Source: Eledone cirrhosa (taxonomy: Eukaryota). Taken from it: a stretch of DNA of 64,000 bases. The stretch covers positions 32,922,001 to 32,986,000 of the forward strand of contig OZ024758.1 in the NCBI GenBank assembly GCA_964016885.1, in the 5' to 3' direction. Shown piece after piece: positions 40,271-54,126 of the stretch; the first letter of the stretch is position 1; each line of letters begins with the position of its first letter. Under the pieces are notes generated by a model. That model saw only the letters and a list, made by a program, of their open reading frames with translations, had not been told where the DNA came from and did no database searches. The translations under genes and the position numbers were made by a program.

Positions 40271-42164
40271 AAGGCACAAGAGCTTCTAAGCCAGACAGTA
40301 ACCCTCAAAAAAGTAAATGATTTTAAAGCTAAATATAACAGATACAAGAAGAATGAAAGGATTTGGAATTCATTTGATGAGGGGTAGAGGCAAGGGCAAG
40401 GCACTAAGTAGTACAGAGTAAATCTCACAAAACATCAGTTGATAAGTTAACAGTTAACAATTAACAATTCATTATTCTTTTTCCTGGAGTAGTAGATTGG
40501 CTGAATTGGTAGAGCTGTCAGACACAGTGCTTTGTAGTATTTAGTTACAACTTTCTATGTTCTAAGATCAAATCCCACTGAGGTCAACTTTGCCTTTCAT
40601 CTTTCTGGCATCGATAAAATACCATTTAAGTTCTGGGATCAATATAATTGACTTTCTCCTTGTCCTAAATTGTTGGCTTTGTAAGAAATAATTACTGTAA
40701 ATACTTGAATATCAGCTGATATAAGCTGAGCCAACTATTTTATGTCTGAGAAACGGGCAAAAACCCAAACCTTATTTACATTGAATTTGAATTTGGTGAA
40801 AATTGTCAAAATACTGACCTCGAATATAAGCCGACTCCTTCTACCTTCGATGTTTTTGATCACATATTCCTTGGCTTATATTCAAGTATATATGGTATTT
40901 CTTTTTTTATAACTCTCTTCCCACTTGATTTTGCTGACCCAGACAATGCTCAGACACACTAAAAAAAGGTAAGGAAATCCTGTCAATTGCCAAATTTAAA
41001 TATAATGCAATGCATGGCACTTCTGATGATTTCTTCATTGCATATATGCAAAAGTTTATTTAGTGCAACAATGTTATAAAGAAATCTGTCTGTGATTTCT
41101 AACAAATCAAGGCATCATAATGAGATAAAACAATAGAAATCATTCAAGTAATGAATGATACCGATAGCAATAATGGTTTCTGATTTAGGCACAAGGCCAG
41201 CAATTGGGGGGGGGGGGGAATTGATTAAATAGAACCCAGATCATTACTGGTACTTTTTTTTATCAACCCTGTAAGGTTGAAAGGCAAAGCTATCCTCAGT
41301 GGGATTTGAACTCAGACCATAAAGGGACATAATTATGCTGCAAAGCATGGTGTTCGATGCTCTACCGAAACTGCCAATCCACGATACGATAATAATTATA
41401 GTTGATATAATTGTTTCTAGATTTGGCACAAGGCCAGCAATTACACAGTGCATTACTGGTACTTTATTTTATCGACCCTGTAAGTATGAAAGGCAAAGTT
41501 AACCTCGACGGGATTTGAACTCAGACCGTAAAGGGATGTCAAGCATGGCGTCCGACCCTTTACTGATGCTGCCAATCCACAATAACAATTATAGTTGATA
41601 TAATGATAATTGTTTTTAACATACAAATAATACTGCTTTAGATATGATAATGTCCCTCCATGTCATTTAAAGTAATTTTAACATTCTAACTTATATGTAA
41701 TGACTTTCTTTTTTTTATTCCTTGAGTTTTTATGCTTTCATCATTATGTGCATTTTTTTTTATAAAATGGTCTTCATATTTTTGTTTTAAACATCAAAGC
41801 TTCAAAACCTGCAAAAATGAAAAATTCTAATTAAAAACAAATTCTTTTAAATTAATGTTTTTTTTTAAATCAGAAATTGAACATTGAAGTTAAGGCATTT
41901 GTAACTGCAATGCTTTTTTTTATAGGGAGGATTATAAATATATTATTTATATTTGTATTGTAGAAATATATTTTATATATATTTGAAAGCATTTGTTTCA
42001 CTTTCTGAAAATGTTAAATGCTGTTGTTTCAATTTCAATTTATCAAGGATGAAAATGTAATTACATATGCAAACAAAATACACTTACTCAATTCAAATAG
42101 GATTGAAATATATTCATAAGTTAAAAATACAAAAACCCTTCATGGCCTCAGGCTGTTGGTTGAA

Positions 42165-43254
42165 CCACGTAGTAGAGTGCTGTAGCTGTAAATCTCCCAG
42201 CCCTTACCACGTAGTAGAGTAATAGAGTGCTGTAGCTGTAAATCTCCCAGCCCTTACCACGTAGTAGAGTAATAGAGTGCTGTAGCTGTAAATCTCCCAG
42301 CCCTTACCACGTAGTAGAGTAATAGAGTACTGTAGCTGTAAATCTCTCAGCCCTTACCACGTAGTAGAGTAATAGAGTGCTGTAGCTGTAAATCTCCCAG
42401 CCCTTACCACGTAGTAGAGTAATAGAGTGCTGTAGCTGTAAATCTCCCAGCCCTTACCACGTAGTAGAGTAATAGAGTACTGTAGCTGTAAATCTCTCAG
42501 CCCTTACCACGTAGTAGAGTAATAGAGTACTGTAGCTGTAAATCTCTCAGCCCTTACCACGTAGTAGAGTAATAGAGTACTGTAGCTGTAAATCTCTCAG
42601 CCCTTACCACGTAGTAGAGTAATAGAGTACTGTAGCTGTAAATCTCTCAGCCCTTACCACGTAGTAGAGTAATAGAGTGCTGTAGCTGTAAATCTCTCAG
42701 CCCTTACCACGTAGTAGAGTAATAGAGTGTTGTAGCTGTAAATCTCCCAGCCCTTACCACGTAGTAGAGTAATAGAGTGCTGTAGCTGTAAATCTCTCAG
42801 CCCTTACCACGTAGTAGAGTAATAGAGTACTGTAGCTGTAAATCTCTCAGCCCTTACCACGTAGTAGAGTAATAGAGTGCTGTAGCTGTAAATCTCTCAG
42901 CCCTTACCACGTAGTAGAGTAATAGAGTGTTGTAGCTGTAAATCTCCCAGCCCTTACCACGTAGTAGAGTAATAGAGTGTTGTAGCTGTAAATCTCTCAG
43001 CCCTTACCACGTAGTAGAGTAATAGAGTGTTGTAGCTGTAAATCTCTCAGCCCTTACCACGTAGTAGAGTAATAGAGTGCTGTAGCTGTAAATCTCCCAG
43101 CCCTTACCACGTAGTAGAGTAATAGAGTGCTGTAGCTGTAAATCTCCCAGCCCTTACCACGTAGTAGAGTAATAGAGTGCTGTAGCTGTAAATCTCCCAG
43201 CCCTTACCACGTAGTAGAGTAATAGAGTGCTGTAGCTGTAAATCTCTCAGCCCT
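42165..43254. repeat. 50-bp x ~22 tandem minisatellite
   Basis: Unit GTAGTAGAGTAATAGAGT(G/A)(C/T)TGTAGCTGTAAATCTC(C/T)CAGCCCTTACCAC, with no unique spacers. Confidence 0.95.
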
Positions 43255-43950
43255 AATCAGTTTCTGACTAAAAAAAATAAGTGCCTTTTAAATTTCAAAA
43301 ATATGTTTGTTTTCATTAACATAAGAAAAAAAATGTCTGTAGATTCTGATTTTCTGATTTTCAAAATATAAATCCGGAGGTGGTTTATGAGGAGGGTATA
43401 ATTTAAAAAAAAAGTTAATGGGAAAAAAGTGCTTCCTGTTACATTAAGAAAGGATATACAAAATATTAAATTTAAGTTAAAATTTTACATATACAATTAG
43501 GAGGCATGTGTGTATGTGGGTGTATATGTGTGTGCACAGATACATACAGAAATCAGGACTCCAGCTGTGTCAAGTCCTGACAATTTCTCTAGTGCTGGTG
43601 CCTTGATAAAATGCACTCAGTAAAGCACAGGAATGCATGTAAGTGTGATACATGCCCTTAGCCCTTCCGAGAACTTGGTAAAATACAGGAATGTGTGTAT
43701 GTTAAATGTGGGTCCCCTGGTCCATTTGAAAGGTCAGTAGCTCTTTGTGAGTATTGACTTAATTTGCAACAACCTGTCCAACTCTTACTAGCAAGGAAAG
43801 CAGAGATTAAATGATGATTATGATTATTATTATTATCATACATACATCAGTCTGGAACTAGCTATTGAAATGGCAAGAGCTCAGCCTTCAGGCCTTAACT
43901 CTTTGTAATATATATATATATATATAATATATATATATATATATAACCAT

Positions 43951-44376
43951 GGAGGCACATGGCTTAGTGGTTAGAGCATTGGCCTTGCAATCGAAAGGTT
44001 GTGAGTTCAATTATCAGACCGGGTGATGTGTTGTTTCCTTGAGCAAGACACTTTATTTCACATTGCTCCAGTTTACTCAGCTGTAGAAATGAGATGATAG
44101 GGACTGGGGTCCATATCATTCCACGGCAAAAAAGCACCCAGCCCACACTGTAAAGTGGTCATGGAGGTGCCACGGTAAAAAAGCACCCAACACTCGCTGT
44201 AAAGTGGTCGTGGAGGTGCCACGGCAAAAAAGCACCCAGCACTCACTGTAAATGAGGTTGGTGTTAGGAAGGGCATCCAGTTGTAGAAATCAAGCCAGAA
44301 CCAGTTCCCGTCCCACCCTTGCAAGCAGGGAAAAAAACGGACGTAAAATCAAATGATGATGATGATGATGATGATA
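43951..44376 (+). mobile_element. Full-length SINE family A (tRNA head, central CCTTGAGCAAGACACTT domain, RTE-like 3' tail)
   Basis: The 3' end CCCACCCTTGCAAGCAGGGAAAA..GGACGTAAAAT(GAT)n matches the 3' end of the RTE at 24235-24290. Confidence 0.85.
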
Positions 44377-46027
44377 ACGGATTGCATGGATTTCCATAAT
44401 GTGTGCAGGGCAAGGTAAGAGGAGTAAGGTATAAAGCGGGGAGATGGAGAAATTAAAATATAATAAACTAGATAAAACCTGTTTAAAAACGGAATACATT
44501 TTGTGGGTCATTATATAATCAATCTACCTACACAGGTAAAAAAAACTATATATTTTTTCCTGTCTCAAATTCCAGCAGGAAGCATTGTCTTGATGAGAAC
44601 CATTAAGTTTGAAACACATGGACAATTATCCTCCGCTGCCTCTGCTGGAATTCACTAGACTTTTATTTCTGCATGCTAATATAGCTGGGATAGTTTCTTG
44701 TTAATTTATATATAAAAGTCCCAAGTAAAAACCAATGCAGTTATTAAGAAGAGTTGAAATTAATGCATGCAAGATTTTACAGCATCAATCTTTAATAGTC
44801 AACCAATGAACTCTTCAGCCTACCCTCATATTAAGATATTAATTAAGTTTGTTTAGGAAGCTGGGGGAGGAGGGGACTGTACTTGTCATTCCCCAGCTGA
44901 GTGAATAGTAGCTGTAAAACACTCCTCGACAATAGATTAATATATAAATTGTCAAGAAACTATCCAAACTATATTAGCGTGCAGAAATAAAAGGACATGA
45001 CAAATTATTTGATAAGATTTGTGTAAGTTTTAAAATAAGAATGTTGGAAATACCCAACATTTCATGACTAAAGGAACTAGAGAGGTGACTGTCCAAATGA
45101 TTAGGATTGTCTGCACCTCTTCATTTAAATATTGTAGATTTTAACCCTTTTCATACTAAACTACCTGTGCTTCTACAATATAAATCTCTTTATTTCTAAG
45201 AGTTTATATAATATATCTAAAAACTTTCTATCATTATTTTATGTTAGGATGGTGGATTGGATATTGGTAGAGCATCGAACAACATGCTTTGTGGCATGTA
45301 GCTATGGCCCTTTACATTCTGAGTTCAAATCCCATCGAGGTTAGCTTTGCCTTTCATCCTTACAGGGTTGTTAAAATAATGTACCAGTAAAACACTAGGG
45401 TCGATTTAATCAACTTTCTCCTCCCTTGGCCTTGGGCCTAAATCAGAAACCATTATTTTATGTGGTGGATTGGCAGTATCAGTAGAGGGCCGGACACCAT
45501 GCTTTCCAGCATAGAGTTATGTCCCTTTATATCTGAGTTCAAATCCCGCCGAGGTTGACTTTGCCTTTCATCCTTACGGGGTTGATAAAATAAAGTACCA
45601 GTAATGTACTGGGTAATTGCTAGCCTTGTACCTAAAAATAGAAACAATTATTTTATGTAAGAACTTTTGTTAAGTTATGTTCCAAACACCAGCTTAGCAA
45701 TGATAAAGTTAGTTATATTTCTAAATCCCTTATTGGAAAATCACAGGCAGTGACTTTCGTTAGGAATATGTAAAGGTTAATACTGAACACTAACAATGGA
45801 GTAAAGAACTGAATAGCATTAGTGACCACACAGTCATAAGTTTGAACTTTACTACTATAATCATTGTTGTACCTTTGGCATTGTCACTGTAAAAAACTGA
45901 GGGATTAGTAACTGTAAATCTCTCCTTTAACAATATACAAAGACATGCCCCAATAAAATACACCCAGTACAGTTTATAAACTGGTTGGGACTTTTGAAGA
46001 GCTACCAACTCTAGAAACCAAATGGAA

Positions 46028-46966
46028 CATATGAGTGAGACAGGGGCATATGAGTGAGACAGGGGCATACGAGTGAGACAGGGGCATACGAGTGAGACAG
46101 GGGCATATGAGTGAGACAGGGATATATGAGTGAGACAGGGGCTTATGAGTGAGACAGGGACATACGAGTGAGACAGGGACATATGAGACAGGGACATATG
46201 AGACAGGGACATATGAGTGAGACAGGGACATATGAGTGAGACAGGGACATATGAGTGAGACAGGGACATATGAGTGAGACAGGGGCATATGAGTGAGACA
46301 GGGGAATATGAGTGAGACAGGGGAATATGAGTGAGACAGGGGAATATGAGTGAGACAGGGACATATGAGTGAGACAGGGGCATATGAGTGAGACAGGGGC
46401 ATATGAGTGAGACAGGGGCATACGAGTGAGACAGGGGCATACGAGTGAGACAGGGACATATGAGTGAGACAGGGACATATGAGACAGGGACATACGAGTG
46501 AGACAGGGACATATGAGTGAGACAGGGACATATGAGTGAGACAGGGGCTTATGAGTGAGACAGGGGCTTATGAGTGAGACAGGGGCTTATGAGTGAGACA
46601 GGGGCTTATGAGTGAGACAGGGGCATATGAGTGAGACAGGGGCATATGAGTGAGACAGGGGCATATGAGTGAGACAGGGGCATATGAGTGAGACAGGGAC
46701 ATGGGTGAGACAGGGACATGAGTGAGACAGGGACATACGAGTGAGACAGGGACATACGAGTGATATAGGGGCATACGAGTGAGACAGGGACATATGAGTG
46801 AGACAGGGGCATATGAGTGAGACAGGGGATTATGAGTGAGACAGGGACATATGAGTGAGACAGGGACATATGAGTGAGACAGGGACATATGAGTGAGACA
46901 GGGGCATATGAGTGAGACAGGGACATGAGCGAGACAGGGGCATATGAGTGAGACAGGGACATATGA
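46028..46966. repeat. ~19-20 bp minisatellite embedded in an RTE-tail element
   Basis: Unit ATATGAGTGAGACAGGG(G/A)C. The flanks are RTE/SINE tail sequence. Confidence 0.9.
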
Positions 46967-49124
46967 GGCTGGAATATACAAGACAGGGTCTTCCAACTGT
47001 CTTAGTTGGTATTAATTCTGGATAATCGTTGACTCAGATACCCCGTCTAACTTATGCCAACATGGAAAGCAGATGTAAAATGGTGATATCCCATGTTAAT
47101 ATGGTCGTCTGACTGACATAAAACATGTTCATTCAATGGATTGCTATATTTTGCATGAAACTACTTTGATATCCAGAGTTATATTCAGATACAGAAAAAA
47201 AAGTCTAAACATTAATGATAAAATAAATATACTGTCACCTTTGAGATCAAGCTTAAACCGATTGAATGTGGCTAGAATTCGCTCAGCCCTTCCTGCTCTA
47301 ACCGGCTGTAACTGGCCACTTAATGTTAAGGTATTGTTCTCAAAATAAATAACATCAAAATCTCATAGATTAGATATTATGTGAGATAATTATGCAAGGT
47401 AAAGCCTTTACCATGAAAACACAATAGTAAATATAGAGTAATGTAAATACTAAAGGGTTAAAAGTGATAAATAGACAAGTGAAAACTGTTACACTTGTAT
47501 GCATTCCAAATATTTAATTTTTGTCTTCAGGTTTTGGAGTCCATTAAAATCTTCCAGGTTGTACTGTTTCAAAAATGCAAGGTAACAACAGAAGTACCTT
47601 TAAAATCTAAATACAGTATAAAAATTATTGATATGGTAAAAGTCTTGCCGGTGTTTGCCACCAGCGAAAGCAGCAAGAAAACTTATATTAACCTTACTAG
47701 CATTCACATTACTCTATATATATTATTATATTTTCATGGTAAAGGCTTTATCTCACATAATATCGAATCTATGAGATTTTGAAAGTATTTATTTTGAGAA
47801 CAATACCTTAACATCAGTTTGAGCGACCAGTTACAGCCAGTTTCAACAGAAAGAGGTAGAGAATTCTGGCCGGTTTGAACATTAAAGGGTTAATAGGCAT
47901 GTTGTAACTAGTGACAAAAATAAAAAATAGGAAAGAAAAATAAACTCAGAGATATTAAACAAAATTAAAAAATTAATACAAACTACATGAGATAAACCAG
48001 CTCTACCCAGGTCTTTCTTGGTCTACCTCTACTTCAGCTTCCATCCAATGGGATATAGACTGAAGTTTCTTTAAACTTGTCTTGATAACAGTTCTGACTA
48101 CTGATTAGATACATTTATCTTTAGATTACATCATCTTACTAGCCATGACTTACCTAGCAACGGGGAAACCTCACAGTATTATACTTATGGAAAACATTAC
48201 TATCGTGGTGTATTGCTAAGGGTGCAGCTACACCGCACCAAAAAGTTGATTACTTTTGACGTTTTTTTTTTTTTTAATTTAGTCAATTTTGATGTTTTGA
48301 TGAAAAATTAGCTTTTTTTTTATTTTGATTTGTTTTTTTTTTTTCGTTAGAAATTTAATAGTTTTTATTTTTTTTTTTTATTTAGTCGTTTTTTGCTAGA
48401 AAATTATGAATGTCTGCACCTCCATCAAGGTATGAGTAATACACATCATTGTTTATATTCAACTGAGCTCATGAAACACACACACACATATTAATAAAGC
48501 TACATATTTTCATTAAATCAATAATAACGATTTCCAATTTTGGCAAAACGCCATCAATTTGGGGGTGGGGAAAGTTGATTAGATCATCCCCAGTACTTTA
48601 GAACTTTACTGGTACTCTATTGTATTGACCTTGAAAGGATGAAAAGCAAAGTTAACCTTGGCGGTGATGATGATGATAATGATGATGATGATGATGAAAC
48701 TACAACAAAAATACTAATTTCTGTTGAATACACAATCACAAATTCATTTTTGAATGAAATTTTAACTTAAAAGATAAAAAGAAAAGAGAGAGTGAAATGA
48801 AGAAATAAGAATTGACATGAAAAGGATTCTATATAAATAATTGTTTCTACTTTAGGCACAAGGCCAGCAATTACCCAGTGCATTACTGGTACTTTATGTT
48901 ATCGACCCCCGTAAGCATGAAGGGCGAAGTTATGTAGAAAAAGAAAAATTTGCTAATTAAATTAAATCAAATAGTGCTTAATAATGTATTGGGAATTCAG
49001 CTGCTACTATTTTCATAGAATTTTACCTTTAGAAATTTGAGGTTATCATAAAAACTTGTTCAAAAAAGTTGGAAGAGCTTCACTAAGAAAGCTGACAAAA
49101 TTAGAATTATAATCCCACTTATTA

Positions 49125-50610
49125 CACCGTGAAGCAAAAAAAATGTTTTTCTCTGTTCCTGGCTTGTAATCACTTTTTTTCTGTTGCTTAGGTCCCAAAT
49201 AAATAAATAAAAAGTGGTATTAAACAGTTAAAAGTTGGGGTTTGTAAAAATTCTAAGCTATTCACTAGAATTATTTGTATGCTGGATTTTACGTTGTATG
49301 TAAGTTTAATTTGCTTATGTTAAATGATTTTTTTTTATATGTTTCAGGTTAAATTAAAATTATAAAATAAAGAGTAATAACTAAAGAAAATTATAAAAGT
49401 GTAATAAAGTATAAAATTGTTAAAAAGTGGATTAAAGAGATTTATTGATACTGGATTTTTGCACCCTGAATAAAGGGTAAGTTGTGTTTTAAGCACAAAT
49501 TTTCATTAGTATGATTAGTGTTCTTTTATATTATTTAAATATGTATTTCCCTTTCCAATATTTATTTTGTATTGCATATCAAATTTATTTTCCAAGACAA
49601 ATATTTTGATGAAGAGGAGGAGATGGATGCTGAGGACTTGGATTACCTGCCTGAGGTACCAGATAAAGTTCCTCACTTCCCAAACCAAAAAGAAGTCAAT
49701 GACTTGGTCAGGGATATGGGTCTGACCGAGTCCAATGCAGAGCTATTCGTCTCCAGGATGAAGCAGTGGAACTTGGTCAAGGAGGAAGTGCAAGTGACAA
49801 GTCAGAGAAGTCGACACGAACCTCTCTCAGGCTTTTACACTCTTAGGGATGGCCTCTGCTTCTGCCATGACGTGCCTGGACTGTTTGATGTTATTGGGGT
49901 GCCGTTTGCCCAAGACAACTCCACCACAAGTTTGAAGGCTGTCCTCCTCCACAATGGAAACAAGTTCCCGACACTGCCCATAGCTCATTCAGTCTGCCTG
50001 AAGGAAGATTACCAGTGTGAAATACAACCAGTACAATTGGGAAATCATTGGAGTCTTCAAGATGGTGGCTTTCCTGCTTGGACTTCAAGGAGGCTTAATC
50101 AAATTCCAATGCTTCCTCTGCCTTTGGGACAGCAGAGCCACCTCTGACCACTACAAAAGAAAGAACTGGGAGCAGCGAACAGAATTTGTAGTTGGGACCC
50201 GGAACGTCATGTGGGAGCCACTGGTTGATCCCAGGATTGTGCTCATGCCGCCACTGCACATTAAGTTGGGGTTGATGAAGCAGTTTGTGAAGGCTCTCAA
50301 CCAAGAATCAGCTGCTTTTAAGTACCTTCTTGAGTTCTCCCCCAAGTTATCTGAGGCCAAAATCAAAGGTGGAATTTTTGTTGGACGTCAGATAAAGAAG
50401 GTGTTTGAGTCTACCAAGTTCTCCAATAAGCTCAATAGGATTGAGAGAACAGCATGGAACTGCTTCAAGGCAGTTGTTAAGGGCTTCCTGGGCAACTACA
50501 GAACTGAAAACTAGCAGCAACTGGTGCAGGATCTGATAAAGGCTTTAGGCGCCATGGGATGCAGGATGTTGCTTAAACTCCATATGCTGGACGCTCACTT
50601 GGAAATATTC
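49125..50610 (+). pseudogene. Chapaev3-like (CMC superfamily) DNA transposon, deleted and frameshifted
   Basis: Motifs NDLVRDMGL, SLKAVLLHNGN, GLQGG..KFQCFLCLWDSRA, PPLHIKLGLMKQFVKAL and KIKGGIFVG. Putative left end CACCGTGAAGCAAAAA..TTCCTG at 49125. The superfamily name is from recall of these motifs. Confidence 0.7.
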
Positions 50611-52414
50611 ATAAAAAAAAAAGCTAACCAAAATAATGAAATGAATACTAATTTGGAAAATAAAAACTTGTAATACAAAAACTTGTAATACAAAAACTTG
50701 TTATACAAATCAATGGTGAGCAGTTCTCTACTTAGAATATAAAATGTCTGATATGAGTAGTAGTAGTAGTAGTAGCAGTAGCAGCAACAACAACAACAGC
50801 AGCAGTAGTAGTAGTGTATGGGCCAAAATATATAGCTACTTAGAAAAAATAACAAAAATGCTATATTTCTGCTTCTTATAGATATAAACTAACTATATTT
50901 TAACATCTACCCAAATGAAGCAATTACTCTAAAATAATCCATACTCCATAACTTCTTCATTGATATTTTGATGGTAAATACATATTATAATTTTGATAAT
51001 GATAGTACAAATTTAATGATTTAAGATAATCAGAATTTAAATAAAAATTTAAAATATCAGTATGTAACCTGAAGTTTTACAGCCGGAATAAGTAACATGG
51101 CTATATCATCATCATCATTTAATGTCCATTCTTTCAGGCTAGCATGGGTTAAACGAATTGTCCTATTGTGAGACAAGTCAGATGACAGTATCTCTCTCAT
51201 TCAGAACTGTTTCTGGCTTGGATGCTCTTCCTAACAACAATAACATTTACTGTGTGGACTGGGTAGTTTTTATTGTCGCACAAAGATGACTATTTTATAG
51301 TGTGGACTGGGTAGTTTTTATCAAGCATAGAGAGAGAGAGATAGAGAGAGGGAGAGAGAGAGAGAGAGAGTTGTTGTATAGTAAGGTGTATTATTAGTTG
51401 TGTCATACGGTTGAATAAACTTTTGTTACACGCTTTTGTATATCTCCAATTCCATTTATGGGAACAGCTAGATGATGTAAAACGGAGTATTTGTATCAAA
51501 ATAAAGATCCGAAGGCATGGTATAAATTTCCAATCATTTTAATCACAACACATGTTTCAATAAGAGATAGATCGATCGTGTGGCCATGATCGATTATCAC
51601 TGATCTCGTCAGGTGAAAATGAATTGTCTTCAAATCCTTGATATGAGGGAGAAAATTTAACGATATTCACTCACTAGAGTTTTGTCCCCCATATGAAGAT
51701 TAAGCAGCCAAAACATGCCGACTGCTATCGTCTTCAGTTAGGGTCATAAAACTATCAAGTCTCTATCTCTCAATAGCTGTAAAAGACGCTGGACGGGTCT
51801 AATCTCAACATCAAATCTGTAGAATTACAGTCGGTCACAGTTAGTGTGAGTGAGTACACACACACTCACACACACCAACGTGAGATCAAAGGAAAAATAT
51901 ATATATACCAACACAGTATTCACCGAAAGTTAGTTTACAAAACAACAAATGTTATATTGGTCAAATCTCAATTTGACGATGTAAATTGGAAAGATTGGGT
52001 CAACCGCAACCCTATACACACGCAAGTAAATTCAGTTCAATGTTCTGCTATACGTGTATCGATTAAATTGTAACATCTGTATCTTCTAAATAGTGTATGT
52101 TTTGGTATACACACATCCATGTAAAGAGCAAGTAGTCAACATATCGAACTCTGTATGTGCCATTGTCCCATTGAGAATCTGAGTCCCCAAATCTGTGCGT
52201 GCAAGCAACCGCCATGTAGGCCACCAAGGGGCTCTGAGTAGGGTTGGGTATTTGAGTTAAGGTGTCAGTATGTGCGTTTTCCCGTCATATGGGCCCTTGG
52301 GTTTTTAAGATAGGTGTTTTAGTGGTGGAGGTGTGTTACCCAACACAGAAATAAAAATAAAATAAAATAAAAAAAGAATAGCAAAACCCCGAGGATGTGT
52401 GTAAGCCCAATAAT

Positions 52415-52589
52415 TGTTTCTACGTTAGGCACAAGGCCAGCAATTACCCAGTGCATTACTGGTACTTTATTTTATCGACCCCGTAAGGATGAAAGGCAAA
52501 GTTAACCTTGGCGGGATTTGAACTCAGAATGGCAAGGGCCGTAACTCTATACGTCAAAGCATGGCGTCTGACCCTCTACCAATACTGCC
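52415..52589 (-). mobile_element. SINE family B insertion with 12-bp TSD
   Basis: TSD AAGCCCAATAAT at 52403-52414 and 52590-52601. The empty site is visible in the opposite arm (~53245-53262). Confidence 0.9.
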
Positions 52590-54032
52590 AAGCCCAATAA
52601 TGGTGTGTAAGTAGTATTGTCCAATCAGTAACCGTGAGCACTCCATGGTTAGATGATCACGGATCAAAACCTAGTGTAGTGTTCAATTGATAGGATCGTG
52701 ACCAGTCATAACTTTGGGAACTCTGTGTCTAAAGAAACCGGGTACTGTGTGTAGAGTTATGTATAAAGAGCGTAATCAGTCTTAACTGAGTGTGTACTAC
52801 GTCTAACTATTTACTAACCGAGTGAACTCAATGGTTAGGGTATTTTAAAGTAATGGTGAAAGCGCGTAATCGGTCTTAACTGAGTGTGTAATCATTCTAA
52901 CTATTTACTAACTAGGTGTTCTAAAGTCGTGGTAAATGTGCACTCAGCTGTGAGAACTCTGTGGAAACGAACCGAGTACCGGTTGTAAGTACACAAACGA
53001 TCTTAGCTGTCTACTACCTGAGTGTGTGATTGTCTGTTTTTTGCTAATTGAGAGAACTCTATGGCTAAGGTAAAAAGGGAGGAGTTAGAGGTAGGTTACT
53101 TTCCCAAAATCCTGCGGAAGGTTTTCGAGGTTCTATGTTGGCATGTTGGCAGTTGCTGAAAATTGAACACTACACTAAGTTTTGATCCGTGATCCTCTAA
53201 CCATGGAGTGCTCACGGTTACTGATTGGACAATACTACTTACACACCATTATTGGGCTTACACACATCCTCGGGGTTTTGCTATTTTATTTTATTTTATT
53301 TTTATTTCTGTGTTGGGTAACACACCTCCACCACTCAAACACCTATCTTAAAAGCCCAAGGGCCCATATGACGGAAAAATGCACATACTGACACCTTAAC
53401 TCAAATACCCAACCCTACTCAGAGCCCCTTGGTGGCCTACATGGCGGTTGCTTGCACGCACAGATTTGGGGACTCAGATTCTCAATGGGACAATGGCACA
53501 TACAGAGTTCGATATGAGTTGACTACTTGCTCTTTACATAGATGTGTATATACCAAAACATACACTATTTAGAAGATACAGATGTTACAATTTAATCGAT
53601 ACACGTATAGAAGAACATTGAACTGAATTTACTTGCGTGTGTATAGGGTTGCGGTTGACCCAATCTTTCCAATTTACATCGTCAAATTGAGATTTGACCA
53701 ATATAACATTTGTTGTTTTGTAAACTAACTTTTGGTGAATACTATGTTGGTATATATATATTTTTCCTTTGATCTCACGTTGGTGTGTGTGAGTGTGTGT
53801 GTACTCACTCTCACTAACTGTGACCGACTGTAATTCTACAGATTTGATGTTGAGATTAGACCCGTCCAGCGTCTTTTACAGCTATTGAGAGATAGAGACT
53901 TGATAGTTTTATGACCCTAACTGAAGACGATAGCAGTCGGCATGTTTTGGCTGCTTAATCTTCATATGGGGGACAAAACTCTAGTGAGTGAACATTGTTA
54001 AATTTTCTCCCTCACATCAAGGATTTGAAGAC

Positions 54033-54126
54033 AATTCATTTTCACCTGACGAGATCAGTGATAATCGATCATGGCCACACGATCGATCTATCTCTTATTG
54101 AAACATGTGTTGTGATTAAAATGATT
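54033..54126 (+). ncRNA. Type-I hammerhead ribozyme candidate with long stem II (mirror copy on - strand at ~51532-51625)
   Basis: Stem I TCATTTTCAC/GTGA-TT-AAAATGA; CTGACGA (54046-54052); 47-nt stem II containing ATCGATC/GATCGAT; GAAA (54100-54103); C-ATGT-G; triplet GTT (54109-54111). Confidence 0.55.

Noticed and set aside
39076-43254. The 71-bp and 50-bp arrays as CRISPR-like arrays
   Set aside because: The units are contiguous with no unique spacers, there are no cas genes, and the context is eukaryotic.
45790-46996. Cys/His-rich repetitive ORFs (CPCLTHM)
   Set aside because: Translation of a 19-20-bp minisatellite with frame-shifting unit lengths.
47531-47581. Possible 51-nt host exon on the + strand (TTTTTGTCTTCAG|...AAG|GTAACA); other splice-like signals at ~28990-29015 (-), ~41808 (-) and ~7700-7771 (+)
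   Set aside because: There is no recognisable protein homology and the strands are inconsistent. RNA-seq would be needed to support any of them.
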